The position numbers and the translations under genes were made by a program. From the NCBI RefSeq assembly GCF_037042905.1, contig NC_087251.1, positions 35,280,001 to 35,344,000 of the forward strand: 64,000 bases of DNA, given 5' to 3'. The notes below the pieces were generated by a model. It worked only from the letters and a program-made list of their open reading frames with translations. It did not search any database and was not told where the DNA came from. The DNA is from Lytechinus pictus. Lineage: Eukaryota. This document shows positions 1-12,400 of this stretch, one piece after another (positions within the stretch are counted from its first letter, which is position 1; each line of letters starts with the position of its first letter).

Positions 1-311
1 TAGAGATGTTAAGAAAAAGAAGGTATGCGTACGTTTTTATTCTATAACTAATTTTTTTTTTTTCGGATACGTGTAGTGCCATTGCCCTGGAAAATGGATG
101 TTGATTAAAGCAATGCGGCCATGACATTTCATCATTTAGCGTATCGTGAATCTCAAACAGTCATTAAAGTTATTATGGAGAAGGATTAGTCGATTCCCAC
201 CTTACATTTCCAACTTTGATAGTTCAATATTCCCATACTGCCATCTTGTCTGTTGCAAGATGAAATAGATTATTGAATGTTCTTGACGCATTTCAAAACT
301 CACATTTTCAG

Positions 312-434
312 TCTATTCGGTAAGGAGACGGGTCTCAACTTTGGCACTTGGACTCTCTACTGTTATCCACAGATGATTGTATGTATTTTACTCATATGGG
401 TTTGGCTCCAGTTCATGTATCTACCAAGGAACAG
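312..434 (+). CDS. SLC13: SLC13 paralog A exon (LFGKETGLNFGTWTLYCYPQMIVCILLIWVWLQFMYLPRN)
   Basis: ttttcag acceptor, ag/gttggt donor, 123 bp; matches paralog B exon 38383-38505. Confidence 0.9.
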
Positions 435-3400
435 GTTGGTATAAGATATCATCTATCTTATCGTTTACACAATAAAGCACGTAACCGGGGGTGGGGTTGG
501 CTTCTGCCCTCCATAAAAAAAGGATATACAACATTTTTCACGTGACAATCAGATTTATGTCTGTTTGTTTTGCTTTTTGCATGGTCAGCCCACCACTGTC
601 GGCTCAGCACCCTCCTCCCGCTTTAAAAACGCAATTTTATCCTTTAAATTGACATCCATGGCTATTCCACATTGTACCTTGTTGATGTTTCATAAAGCTG
701 TTCGTATAGTAAGACCACGACTGGTGATCCTTTCTTGTACATGGTATACCGTACACTAAAATGTTCATTGGTGATGGTTAGGCGCGTAAGAAAGGTTCAC
801 CAGTCATTCTTTAAGTGCTCTTACAGCTGTGGACACATCTCGTCGCACTTGCACGTGCCTGCAGTCTACGTGCAAAAACATGGGCGAAAATCGGGAAATT
901 CGTACGTCACGTACGTGGTGAGTACCGACTCGGTAAGGATTTTGGAGTGCGCAGACTCACGACGCAGAACTTTTAGTGCATAGGGAACTTTTGCTGAGTG
1001 CGGGCTACGTTCGAGCTACGGATTTGCCCCACGTGCGCGCACGCACGCCCTCGGTACTGCCAAAGCACGCTTCCATCTGAAGAGGAGCCAAAAGGCCCCA
1101 ATATTGCACCACAAGAAGGAATAGTTAGCATCCACGATGGCCATGAGCACCACAGAGCAGAATCGCTTATAAGTATTTTTTAATAGAGCGATCAACTGTT
1201 CTTGGGCTTCTTGATTGCGATATGCTTTCCGTCAATCGCCTCATAATAGTGGTTAAAATTCCATCTACATATAGTTCCGAACTGATCGGCAACTGCCTTC
1301 CACTCGTCCTGTGTGGAGGGCATGGTGAGCTTCTTATATTCCTTGTATAGGGCGGTGCAAACTTCCGGTACGAACATGGATATACTGTTGTGTGCCACCC
1401 GGAAGTCATACGCAAGGGATCTGTAACTGTTTCCCGTTGCCAAAAAGCGAAGGGTGATGGCGAGCTTCAGGCCAGGCTCCAAGGCGCGGCGACTCCTGAA
1501 ACATTCTAAGTATCCACACCATCGATATATAGTCAATATGTGTAATCAATCATAAAGACAATTCCTTCATTGTGTTGAAGGAAAGGCAATCTCCCCTCCC
1601 CATATGGAGAATATAAGTTTTAATTGACATTATAATTGAAGTAGGTAGTTTTGCCAATATACCTTTTATTGATTAACCTTTTTAAAAGTACATGGAACAA
1701 AAAAGGAATTAGCAGTAGCGAATGAAATAATGGTTTATAACACGTCAAGCATATTTGCCATCCAAATTATCAATGTTTATAAAGGTAGCTTTAGGCTATG
1801 GTTAAGTTGTGCAGATTTTTTTACTTTTGTCATGGAAATATGATGGAATTCCTATATGGCTGACCGATCCAGTTGTATTAACATGTGGCTAGACTATTGA
1901 GACTAAGACAAAGAATAAATTTTATTCCTTGTAGCACCATTCAAAAGGTTGCATAATAAGCCATATCTAAGGAATAGATAATGTACATATGTAGATAAAT
2001 ATCATGCATTCCGAAAATTCTTTAAATCAAATAAAAAGGCTAAACCAAGCGTTTATTTTGGCAGAAATTAAGACACATACCTTTTGGTGATCCGAGGGGT
2101 TACCCGAAGTAGGAGCTTAACTTAAACCTTGCGTAGTCGTACGAGTGACGTGCGTTGACGTTTTTGCTCCCTGCGTTAAGCCCCTTTCACAATTGACGTA
2201 CGACCATTTGCGACCTTTTGGTCGTGCGACAGGCTGCAACAGGCATCAATCGCTAGTCATCTCATATAATTGCACAGAGGCTTTCACAGTTGCAACAGCT
2301 GTCGTACAACAAAAACAACCAGTAAACCCCGTTGCAAGAGTAAGTCGCATATGCTCTTATTGTGCTCGTGCGATCACATGCGAGTGTTGCACGAGGGATT
2401 GCGAGTGAAACGGTCGCATACATGCGAATGAAATGGTAGTGCAATGTTGTAAGCCGTTGCGATCGGACTTGCAACAGTCTTATGGCCAATATTATTATCG
2501 CAACCAGTCGCAAGACAGGTCTCTGTACATGTAGGTCGCTTGTACATGTGCAAGTGTTGCACGACCTCCAGTCAAGTAAATGCGACTACTTAGTTGTGCC
2601 ACCTCTCGCACCAAGTCGTACAACGTTGTACAACACTCGCACGATGATCGCCCGACCGATGGTACGACCCCGGGTATGGCCTGATGCGAGTGAATCGATC
2701 GTATTTGATCGCGTTCGGATTTTGAACATGTTCAAAGTTCAGATGTGACCAGCCACGACCACCTCGAGCTCGTGCGACCGTCTACAACGACTGCGAGTGC
2801 TCGCAAGACACCAAGGGATCGATCGTGCAACAACAAGAAAAAACTGTTGCAGGCGGTCGTAAACTGGTCGGACGTCAATTGTGAAAGGGGCTGAACGGTC
2901 GCATACATGCGAATGCAACGGTAGTGGAATGTAGTAAGCCGTAATTTCGATCGGTCTTGCAACAGTCTCATATTATCGCACCCAGTCGCAAGACTGGTCT
3001 CTGTAGGTCTCCAGCACATGTGCAAGTGTTGTACGACCTCCAGTCGACTAAATGCGACTATACTTAGTTGTGCCACCTCTCGCACCAAGTCGTACAACGT
3101 TGAACAACACTCACACGATGATCGCCCGACCGATGGTACGATCTGTTGCGAGTGAATCAATCGTATTTGATCGCGTTTGGATTTTGAACATGTTCAAAGT
3201 TCAGATGCGACCAGTCACGATCACCTCCGACCACCTCGAGTTTGTGCGATCGTCTACAACGACTGCGAGTGCTCGCAAGACACCAAGGGATCGATCGTGC
3301 AACAACAAGAAAAAACTGTTGCAGGTGGTCGTAAACAGGTCGTACGTCAATTGTGAAAGGGGCTTTAGCAACGTACGGCCAAAAAAAGGAAGGCGGCTTG

Positions 3401-6400
3401 TGGCCAAGGCGTAACTGACAAACAGCATCATGAAATAGCCACAGGGTTCCTCATGCAGATTGAATTGCAATCGTATATAGGAAATGATATTTCATCAACC
3501 AGTTTTAATATTCACAAATTTGGTGTGATGTGAACTTCATTCCTTTGGCCTGTATATGAACTTAAGATCGTGCCGGCGATATGAAGAATAAAACATGTGC
3601 AATGCGTCATGTTTCCCGAGACCACAGTATCTAAACATGAAAGAAGTACAGAAAACTGCCATCGGTTGGGGATGAAAAATTAATTGATGTTAAAACTTCT
3701 AATATCCTTAACAATTATTTGGGGCGAGCTTTCTGCCAAGAGAAAGTCTCAAGGCTTGAGGAACGCAACAGGAGTGCATGAAAGCTCTCCCGAAACAATT
3801 GTTGAGGTTGATAAAAGTTTAAAAATTATTTAATGAGTGCAGTAGATTAGTAGGAACTCTATCAAACCAGTATTTTTATGATTAAGAATCAGCTGAAATT
3901 CACCTTCCTCAGACTTCGACAGATCTGTTGGCGTTTATTTTACTCAAGCGAAGAATGCAAATCCGAGGTAAAATTGTTTGAAGCGTTGGACTTTGGGCGT
4001 TCATGCTGTTATAATTAATATCGTAATGTTTCTTTGTATGGTTATTTTTTCCCATTTATTTCTTGGGTATCTGATTAAACATTATTTATATTGATTAGTT
4101 TCAGATGTAAGAGTAACAGAGAGCGCACCTCCAAAGCCAAAAAGATTAGAAAAGTAATACAGCGAGCATATGACGATCTTGGTCCTGTAAGGTATGTTAG
4201 GGCTGTTTTTTGTTATACATATTATATTCTATATTCCTTTAATAGTCTATATTCTATAATCTGTATTCTATATTTTATATTCTACATTATGTGTTCTATA
4301 TTCTATTATTTACATTCATTATTCTATATTCTATTTTCTATATTCTCTATTGGATTTCTATATTCTATATTTATATTTTACATTTTCAGTTTCAGTTTTC
4401 AGTTTTATTTTTTCTCATTTCCAACAAAACAGTATACAAAATCCATCATAAATACATTTATAACAATTGAAATGTATAAAGAAACATGTAACACAATATA
4501 TATATTTATCTAAATTATACATTTGAAACTTAATATGGATCATTAAATATTTATACATTCTATGTTATATTCTCTATTCCTTTCTATATTCTATATTTTT
4601 TATTCTGTATTCATATCTTATCTATAGTCTTTATTCTTTTGAAGTTTTCTATATTCTATTTTCTATATTCTACATGCGTTATTTTGTATTCTATATCTAT
4701 ATTTTAGATTTTTGTTCTGCACTCTGTATGCTATATTCGATGTTTTATATTCTTTAATCTGCATTCTATATTCTATGTTCTACGTTCTATATTCTAGATC
4801 TGATTGTTATACAGCATTTTTTTTCAATAGGTCTACATATAAGAATTTACAAGCATAAACTGTCTTGCTTCATGCATAAAGATTAGAAAATACAACAACG
4901 TATAAAAGGCCATGGAACACATTATCAAAATATTTATAAATAGAATGGCAACCATGCATAAGCAATTGTCGCATGGCCAGTCAATGCATCCGGAAAATTT
5001 GCCTTGCGTCCGGTAATTACTTATGCATTGCAAATTTACCGGATGCATGGCTAGCCATACGTCGGTAATTACTTATGCAAGGTTGTAAAAAATATATTTT
5101 TGCCAAAAAATTTCACCATTCTAAAAACAAATAATGCACAGGATTGCTCGTGCATTGGTAGGACTAGTGAGAATGCGGTAACTATGGAATCTAGTCTAAA
5201 CCCACTCGGCCGCGCCTCATGGTTTTAATAGTTTCATAGTTACCTTATTCTTACAAAACCTACCAATGCACTCACATCTGTGCATCATTTGTGTGACATC
5301 TTATATTTATTACACTTTATAATCCAAATTTTAACATTCTTTATTCTATTTTGTATTAGGAAAAAAAAATAAACTGCCTACCTTCATGCCCAAGGGGCAT
5401 ACACCATCACGTCACGGGTATCAGAGATAATCTTATTTCATTGAATCTACTATTTTCTCTTTTTTTTTCATTTTCATAATTTAATACAAGATTTGCAGAA
5501 TGGGCTATCTTAGCACACTTCGTGATCATTGTAGCAGTCTGGATCACCCAAGATCCCAAGGTATTTCCTGGCTGGGCGTCTCTCTTTCCTCCTGGGTGAG
5601 CAAAACAAAATGTATTACCACTACACTTTACCACTGGCGTACAGTTGGGGTGGGGTTGGACTCTTGGAGCCATATGGACGCCCTCCCCATATACACAAAA
5701 AAAAAGAGAGAAAAGTTTCATGATGAAGAAAAAAGAGAAAAGGAAAGAAAGTTATAAGGACAAATGTTGAAATATGATACTTCTTGATATTATCACAAAT
5801 TCAGATTTTTACAGTAATAAAAATCATATTTTTGCTCGCTCGCCCATACGCCATGTTGGCCAATAACACCAGTGATGTGTGCATTGTTCATATCATGAAC
5901 ACACACTTTTAAAATATTTAAACATTAAGAAACCCATACAAGCAGAACCCCTAGTTATGGCCTTGATTGAACTCGTAAAGTGAATAATCGGCTATCATGT
6001 CTATGATGGCTGTACAGTATACAAATGATGCATGGGTTAGAGTGGGTCGGTAGGAACTGTGTGCACAAGGTAACTTTGGCATGGTTTAGACCATAATGCC
6101 AAAGTTACCGAGTGCACACAGTTCCACTGACCCACGATAAAACCTGTGCATCATTTTTTTTATAGAATGGGGCTTTTATTTAAGAAAAAGCCCAAAATTA
6201 AAAAAAAAATTACCGGACGCATGAAATTATTTACCGCACGCATGATTTTTTTTACCGGACGCATGATTTTTTTTTTAACCGGACGCATTATTTTTTTACA
6301 GGACGCATGAAATAATTTTTTTTAAATTGATATTAAAAGTATAAAAAAAAAATTAAATTAAAAATAAGATTTTTTTTCCTTAAAATTTATTTATTTTTCT

Positions 6401-9400
6401 AATTTTTTGAAAAAAAATTAGGAAAAAAAAGAAAAAAAAAATTGCTTTTCATATGCAGCCAGTAAAAATTATTGCATAGCTCTCAACCAATCAGATTACA
6501 GGGATTTTCTCATCCATTCTATAATAGTGCATACTATGCATCAGGAAAGCGTTATTTCATATTTCATTGAATCTTGTAGAGCCACATTGTCAAAATGAAT
6601 GCCGTCAGTGACGTGAAAACATCGTAGTAGAAATATTGCACAACTATGTTTTATAACGAAATGCTGTCATGTAATATAATTTTTTATTTGTGTTTTTAAT
6701 CTTTCAGCGTCAAAAGTTCAGCGCCGACCATATTGATCGCCATTTCTCTTTTTTGTTTCCCATCCGAGCGACCTCTACGTCTGATAAGAATCAGAGATCA
6801 GCAAATGCGTGGTAAGCCAACAAAATTTATTTATTCTCGACTAGATATTGGCAGTTGTAGTACTTTTGTGGAAAAAAGTGAACACCTTTCTTTTTTTTTT
6901 CTTTTTTTTTCATTTTGGACCTAAAATTGAAAATATATATCTGATAGCCCGGGCGGAAGATTTATTTATAGAAGGACATGTGTTAACCCTAATTAAACTG
7001 GGGGGGGGGGACATCGCCCTGGGAAGCGGGGGTGCTGGGGGTGCCCAAAATTTTCCTTTGGGGTGCTGCGTGTGTTATTTTCCATAGGCAGCACCCTCTG
7101 GAAATCTAGTAGGTATAACGAATGACAGAAATTTAATGAAAATGAACTACCTTTTGTAGGACCCCCCCCCCCCCCGCTTCAGAATTTTCCTACACAGTGC
7201 TTGAATCTACCCTTTTGCAGATTGGAATATCAAAAATTTTCCGCTTGCGCTTCGCGCTCGCATTATTTCTTTTTTTTTATATTAGAACTAACGTATTTAG
7301 AATGCCCTATTCTAGGTCTAAATCTAAACACGTGCACGCATGTTTATTCAGATACGCAGTTTTTTTTTTTCAAAACGTATTTAAAAAATAAAGTTTAAGA
7401 TCAGAATATCAAAATTTTTGTGCAAGCGCTTTGCGCTCACATTATAAATGTAAGAAGATACCCAATTACCCATCCTTTCCTGATTTACAAAACATGAATA
7501 CAGTGTCCCGTTTTCGGTCTGAAATCTCAATTTTGTTTCCGCTCGCGCTTCGCGCTCGCATCAATTGTATATTGTATAATTATATACCTATCCTGTTCAT
7601 GAGTAGAAAAGTGCTTAGAGAGTCCCGTTTTTAGGTCTGAAATTTAAATTTTGTTTGCGCTCGCATTATATAATTATATACATATCCTGTTCAGGATTAT
7701 AAAATGCTTAGAATGTCCCGTTTTAGGTCTGAAATCTCAATTTTGTTTCCGCTCGCGCTTCGCGCTCATATCTTGTTCAGGATTAGAAATGCCAAGAATG
7801 TCCTGTTTGTAGGTCTGAAATCTCAATTTCGTTTCCGCTCGCGCTTCGCGCTCGCATCAATTTGTACAGTTATATACCTATCCTGTTAATGATTACAAAA
7901 AGTGCTTCACACTCGTACTGTTTGATTGTTGAAATATGTATCGTCTTCATGGGTTACTGCATACAGTCCTTATAACAGGTCCCTTTTCGATCAGGCCATG
8001 AACGTTAAATATATCTGATCGTCCTCGCAGTTATTATTTGTTACATACGCATCTTGTTCAGGATCACAAACATTGCCCAAACTGTTCAATTTTCAGGAAA
8101 AAATACATGAAATTTCCCAAAATTCCTGTGCCTGTGCGTATATATATATACAGTGCGTCCCACAAAAAACGAAACCGAGATTTATCGATGATTTATCATA
8201 ACTTAATCGCAAATAAAATAGACAAATGACCTACCATTTTAAAGCTTAGAATCTCCTCTTTCATCTGAAATTACTTAGATTATTTCTCATTCACGCATGA
8301 GTGAGCAAAAAAATTTGAAAAGGGGATACCAAAAAGTCACTTGGCGGGCCGTATCTGGGTTTTAAAAAGAAAACCACATGTTTAAAATGTTCAATATCTG
8401 CTCTTTAATTTGATACCTCAATTACAGAAAATGGTCAAGAAATAACAAAGTTCTGGTTATTTGAAATAAGGCTTGAATTTCAATAATTTCATAAAATGAA
8501 GAGGTTTTACAGGCAAGCGTTCAAACTCACTCGACATTCCGTTTTGTTGACGATCAGCCATGCATTAAGTCTTTTGTTACCGTGCGATAGCTTCTGTGGG
8601 AAACCGGTGAAAACACGTTTATTTAATGAAATTATGGAAATACAAGCATTGTTTCGAGGGATCATAACATTTTTACTACTTGACCATTTTCTGTGATTTA
8701 GGTATCAAAGAAAAGAGAAAATATTGAACTTTTTAGTCATGTGATTTTCTTTTTGAAATTCAGATACCCCCCGCCAAATGAGTTTTTGGCATCCTTTCTT
8801 CGAATTGTTTTTCTCAATCATGCGTGAATGAGGAATAATCTAAGTAATACCAGATGAAAGAGGAGATTCTAAGCTTTACATTGGTAGGTCATTTGTCTAT
8901 TTTATTTATGATTAGGTTATGATAAATCATCGCTAAATTTCGGTTTCGTTTTTTCTGGGACGCACTGTATATATGTATAACAACAATGGGAATCTCAATT
9001 GTGTCCCCCACCACCTTTTAGGAAAGATTTCAGCCCATGTCAGCACCCCCACTGAAACAATCGTTCCCAGGGCCCGGAAGGGGGGGGGGTCAATTTGACC
9101 CCCTCGACAAATTTCGCCGCTACGCCGCTGCGCAAAATATTTTGACCGCTCGCTGAATTTATACTTTCAAACCTTTTGCATCTTTTGAGACCAAATTTGC
9201 GACGCCCGGGTACGCGGTTCCGGAATTATGCAATATTTCGTAAGCGCATGTCGGTCCCTAAATTGCTCAAAAACGTCATTGCGTGTACAAAGTCAATGCA
9301 AATTGTGTTCTTCAACCCAAAATCATAAATGAATGATTATTTTTACTGTTGCTGGTTTAGATGGATTTATTTTATGTTATTTATGATAGCAAAAGGGTTC

Positions 9401-12400
9401 TCGATAAAAATCATCGAAAAAAAAAAAAAGGTTTGAAAAAACAAAGAATTACATAAGAACAAAAAATAAACAATAAGATACATAGGAAAACTAATTATTT
9501 TCGATAATTTTTTGTGAATTTTGTTATAAAAACGAAAAATTCATATGTTCACCAAAAATTGCATTCTACTAGCTATATAAAGTGAGTTCAAGGCCAAAAC
9601 ATACACAAAATACCAAAATTATGGCAAATTTCATACGTTTATTTGCATAATTATTTAATAAAAAATATAAGCAATTGATTTTTTGAAAATTTTACTATAC
9701 AATCTTGTAGTTTTCATCCGGCTCTACGCGCATGCAAATTTTCGCGGCGATCGCGCAATCAAGAGCCGAGATCTGAGGGGGGTCAAATTGACCCCACTCG
9801 TATATGTTGGTCTGAAATAGCCCAATTAAGATATGGTTAAGTTATGGAGATTTCGCCTACATATCTATTGTTAATTTCATTATTTTTTCAAGTCTTTTTG
9901 ATCGGAGGGAGGGGGGGGGGGCAAGACAAACTAAAGGTGACACTATTTTCTTCTCAAATAAATAATATAGGTGTCATAGCATAACTCTCCTTTTAAGGGG
10001 GGTGGGGATACATTTTTTCTTCCCTTCCCCTTATTTCTCTCCTTTTTATTTCTTCACTTCTTTACATTCGTAGGGGGTGGTTGACCCTGTCCCCTCCCCA
10101 TTTGATATCGCCATATTGCATATGCAATTTGAATGCTCAAGCAAATGAGCTCTAGGCTCAAATTTGTAAATCTAGGATCTTTTCTTTTCATTTAATGAAT
10201 TAAACAGATTCAGCCCATGGTCATCTAGGAAGTATCGTATCAAACGGTGCAAGTGCAAGTGTGGCTGGCGTTGATAGTGACAATGACGATGGTGACGATG
10301 GGCGTGAAAGTCGCCCCAAAATAGCCAAAGTGAAGTGCATCCCCGCACTAATCAACTGGGATATCGTACACGAGAAGATACCATGGGGTGTGCTCATTGT
10401 TGTAGGCGGAGGATTCGCCCTAGCAGATGGATGTGTAGTGAGTAAAAAAATGGCGATCCCCAGACACAGGGGCGGCGCTTCGGGGATAAGGGGGGGGGGG
10501 GGGCAGGGAGCGCAGCCATCCCTGTGAATTTTCAAGTAGTGAGAAATAAGGTAAATGAGATTTTTTTAAAAGAAAACAAAGGAGAAAGAAGACGGGAGAA
10601 AAGGCGTGTCGAAAAAGAGAGATCTGGGTCGTGTATTACCCGGAGACTTGTATTTGTAACCCTGTTATTCAATTAAGAAGAAAACTATTACGTCACATTT
10701 AGGTCGCCTTGCTCTTGCCCCTGTCAAAAAACATTGGCGCCGCCCCTGATCCCTTGACTATCAGTTCGTGTCATATTTATGAGGGTTTCATATAGGTTTG
10801 AACAATAAGAATTTTTTTACCGATGCATTGTGCGTGTTTATTGGAAAGTTTTGATTGGTGTTAATATTTCATTCTAGTTTCAACGAGTAATGTAAAAGAA
10901 AAAGATCAACAAGGCTGGATATGTCTGCAATGAAATTCCGTAAATATTTATTTGTTTTTGAATAAATATCGGTTGTCCCATTTAAATTCTACCATCTTCA
11001 CCTCTCCAATTTTTGGGGCAGAAGTTGCTTGTTCTTCTGTCTTTTTTGATGTGTATGAAAATATTGTTTGAGAAAAAAGCTTTTATTTGATAATGTGTTT
11101 GTGATAAACAACCTTCATGTGGAACATCTTTGGACATAAAATGCATTTTGAAAATGTTATTACTCTGATATTTTAGCATCGGTTTATGCATATTAAGTTA
11201 GAAAAAAATCAGGCTTAAGGCGTTCTTTTTCACCCCCTCCCTTTTTTTTCCTTTAATCATCTCTCTTATCCCCCCTCCCCCTCTTTTACTGGTCTGATTT
11301 TCTAGGAATCTGGTCTATCATTATGGTTAGCCGAACAGTTTGAGATCTTTTACGGGATACCTCCACTTGCAGTGGCTTTCATCACAGCCATTATAATCTC
11401 AGTCCTAACAGAGCTTACTGCTAATGTTGTCACCACGACCATATTTCTACCTATTGTTGCAGAGATGGCAAGTTTGATCGATTTTTGTCAATTAATTTTA
11501 TAATTTTTCTTCATGATTTCCTTTTCTACGGAAGCTTTAAAGTGCCATCGACTTGTCTAGAGGTCAAGATGCGTTCATCGCCAAGTCGACTTATGAAAAG
11601 TAATATGTCAAAAGAGCGAGATATGTTATCTCGCGAAATCGACATATATATGAAAAGTTTCATGTCAATATAGCGACATACGGTAACTCCCCGTGTAAAA
11701 TAGTAAAGGCACGCATATGGCCGCGTTGTGGCCCAGTGGAATAGTCTTCGGACTTTGAAACAGAGGGTCGTGGGTTCAAATCCCAGCAATGGCGTAGTTT
11801 CCTTCAGCAAGAAATTTATCTGCATTGTGCTGCACTCGACCCGGGTTAGGTAAATGGGCATCTGGTAATTTTGATGCGCACACGCATTTTAAGGAATTTA
11901 AAATTCCTTGAAATGCGTGTGCACTGTAAATAGGTCTAATTACTATACCGCCAAGCTACAGCCAGGGTAATATCCAAGTCATTCGGAAGTGCATCATAAT
12001 GTGATATGCGCTATGCAAAATTTGTTTGATATTTTTATTAGTTGTATCATTACTTGTATTATTATTTGTATTATTATTGTCATCTCGCAATGACTCTCAT
12101 CGCACGCTTCTGGTAGTAAAAAATATTCTATTTACCAGATAATGTGAACAACTGGCCCAAATTACGTTACCATACGATAAGTGTAGCAATATTAATGAGT
12201 TATAAATAAGTAACAATGCACTTGAGGGTATAACAAAATTCACTCTGCTCATAATGCCAATGACTCTAGCAATCTTAGAGCATATACTATCAATATGGTT
12301 TGACCACGTTAGTTTTTCGTCAATAATCAGACCTTAAAACTGTATGCAATTTATCCTAGTAATAATATTACATATAGCAGAATTTGTTATATTAATAACA

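Larger units (their letters stand above)
6983..9840. mobile_element. piggyBac-like (TTAA-flanked) non-autonomous element hosting nested insertions
   Basis: ttaaccctaattaaactggg ... cccaattaagatatggttaa; subterminal ggggtcaa(a/t)ttgacccc palindromes at about 9085 and 9777. Confidence 0.6.

Noticed and set aside
2145..3470. Repeated ORFs with similar peptides (also 14406-14807)
   Set aside because: They lie inside copies of a non-coding MITE, frames differ between copies, and there are no protein motifs
11719..11790. tRNA-like sequences (also about 22085-22149, 33320-33391, 63250-63319)
   Set aside because: A/B boxes continue into SINE bodies and no complete cloverleaf is evident; called SINE heads
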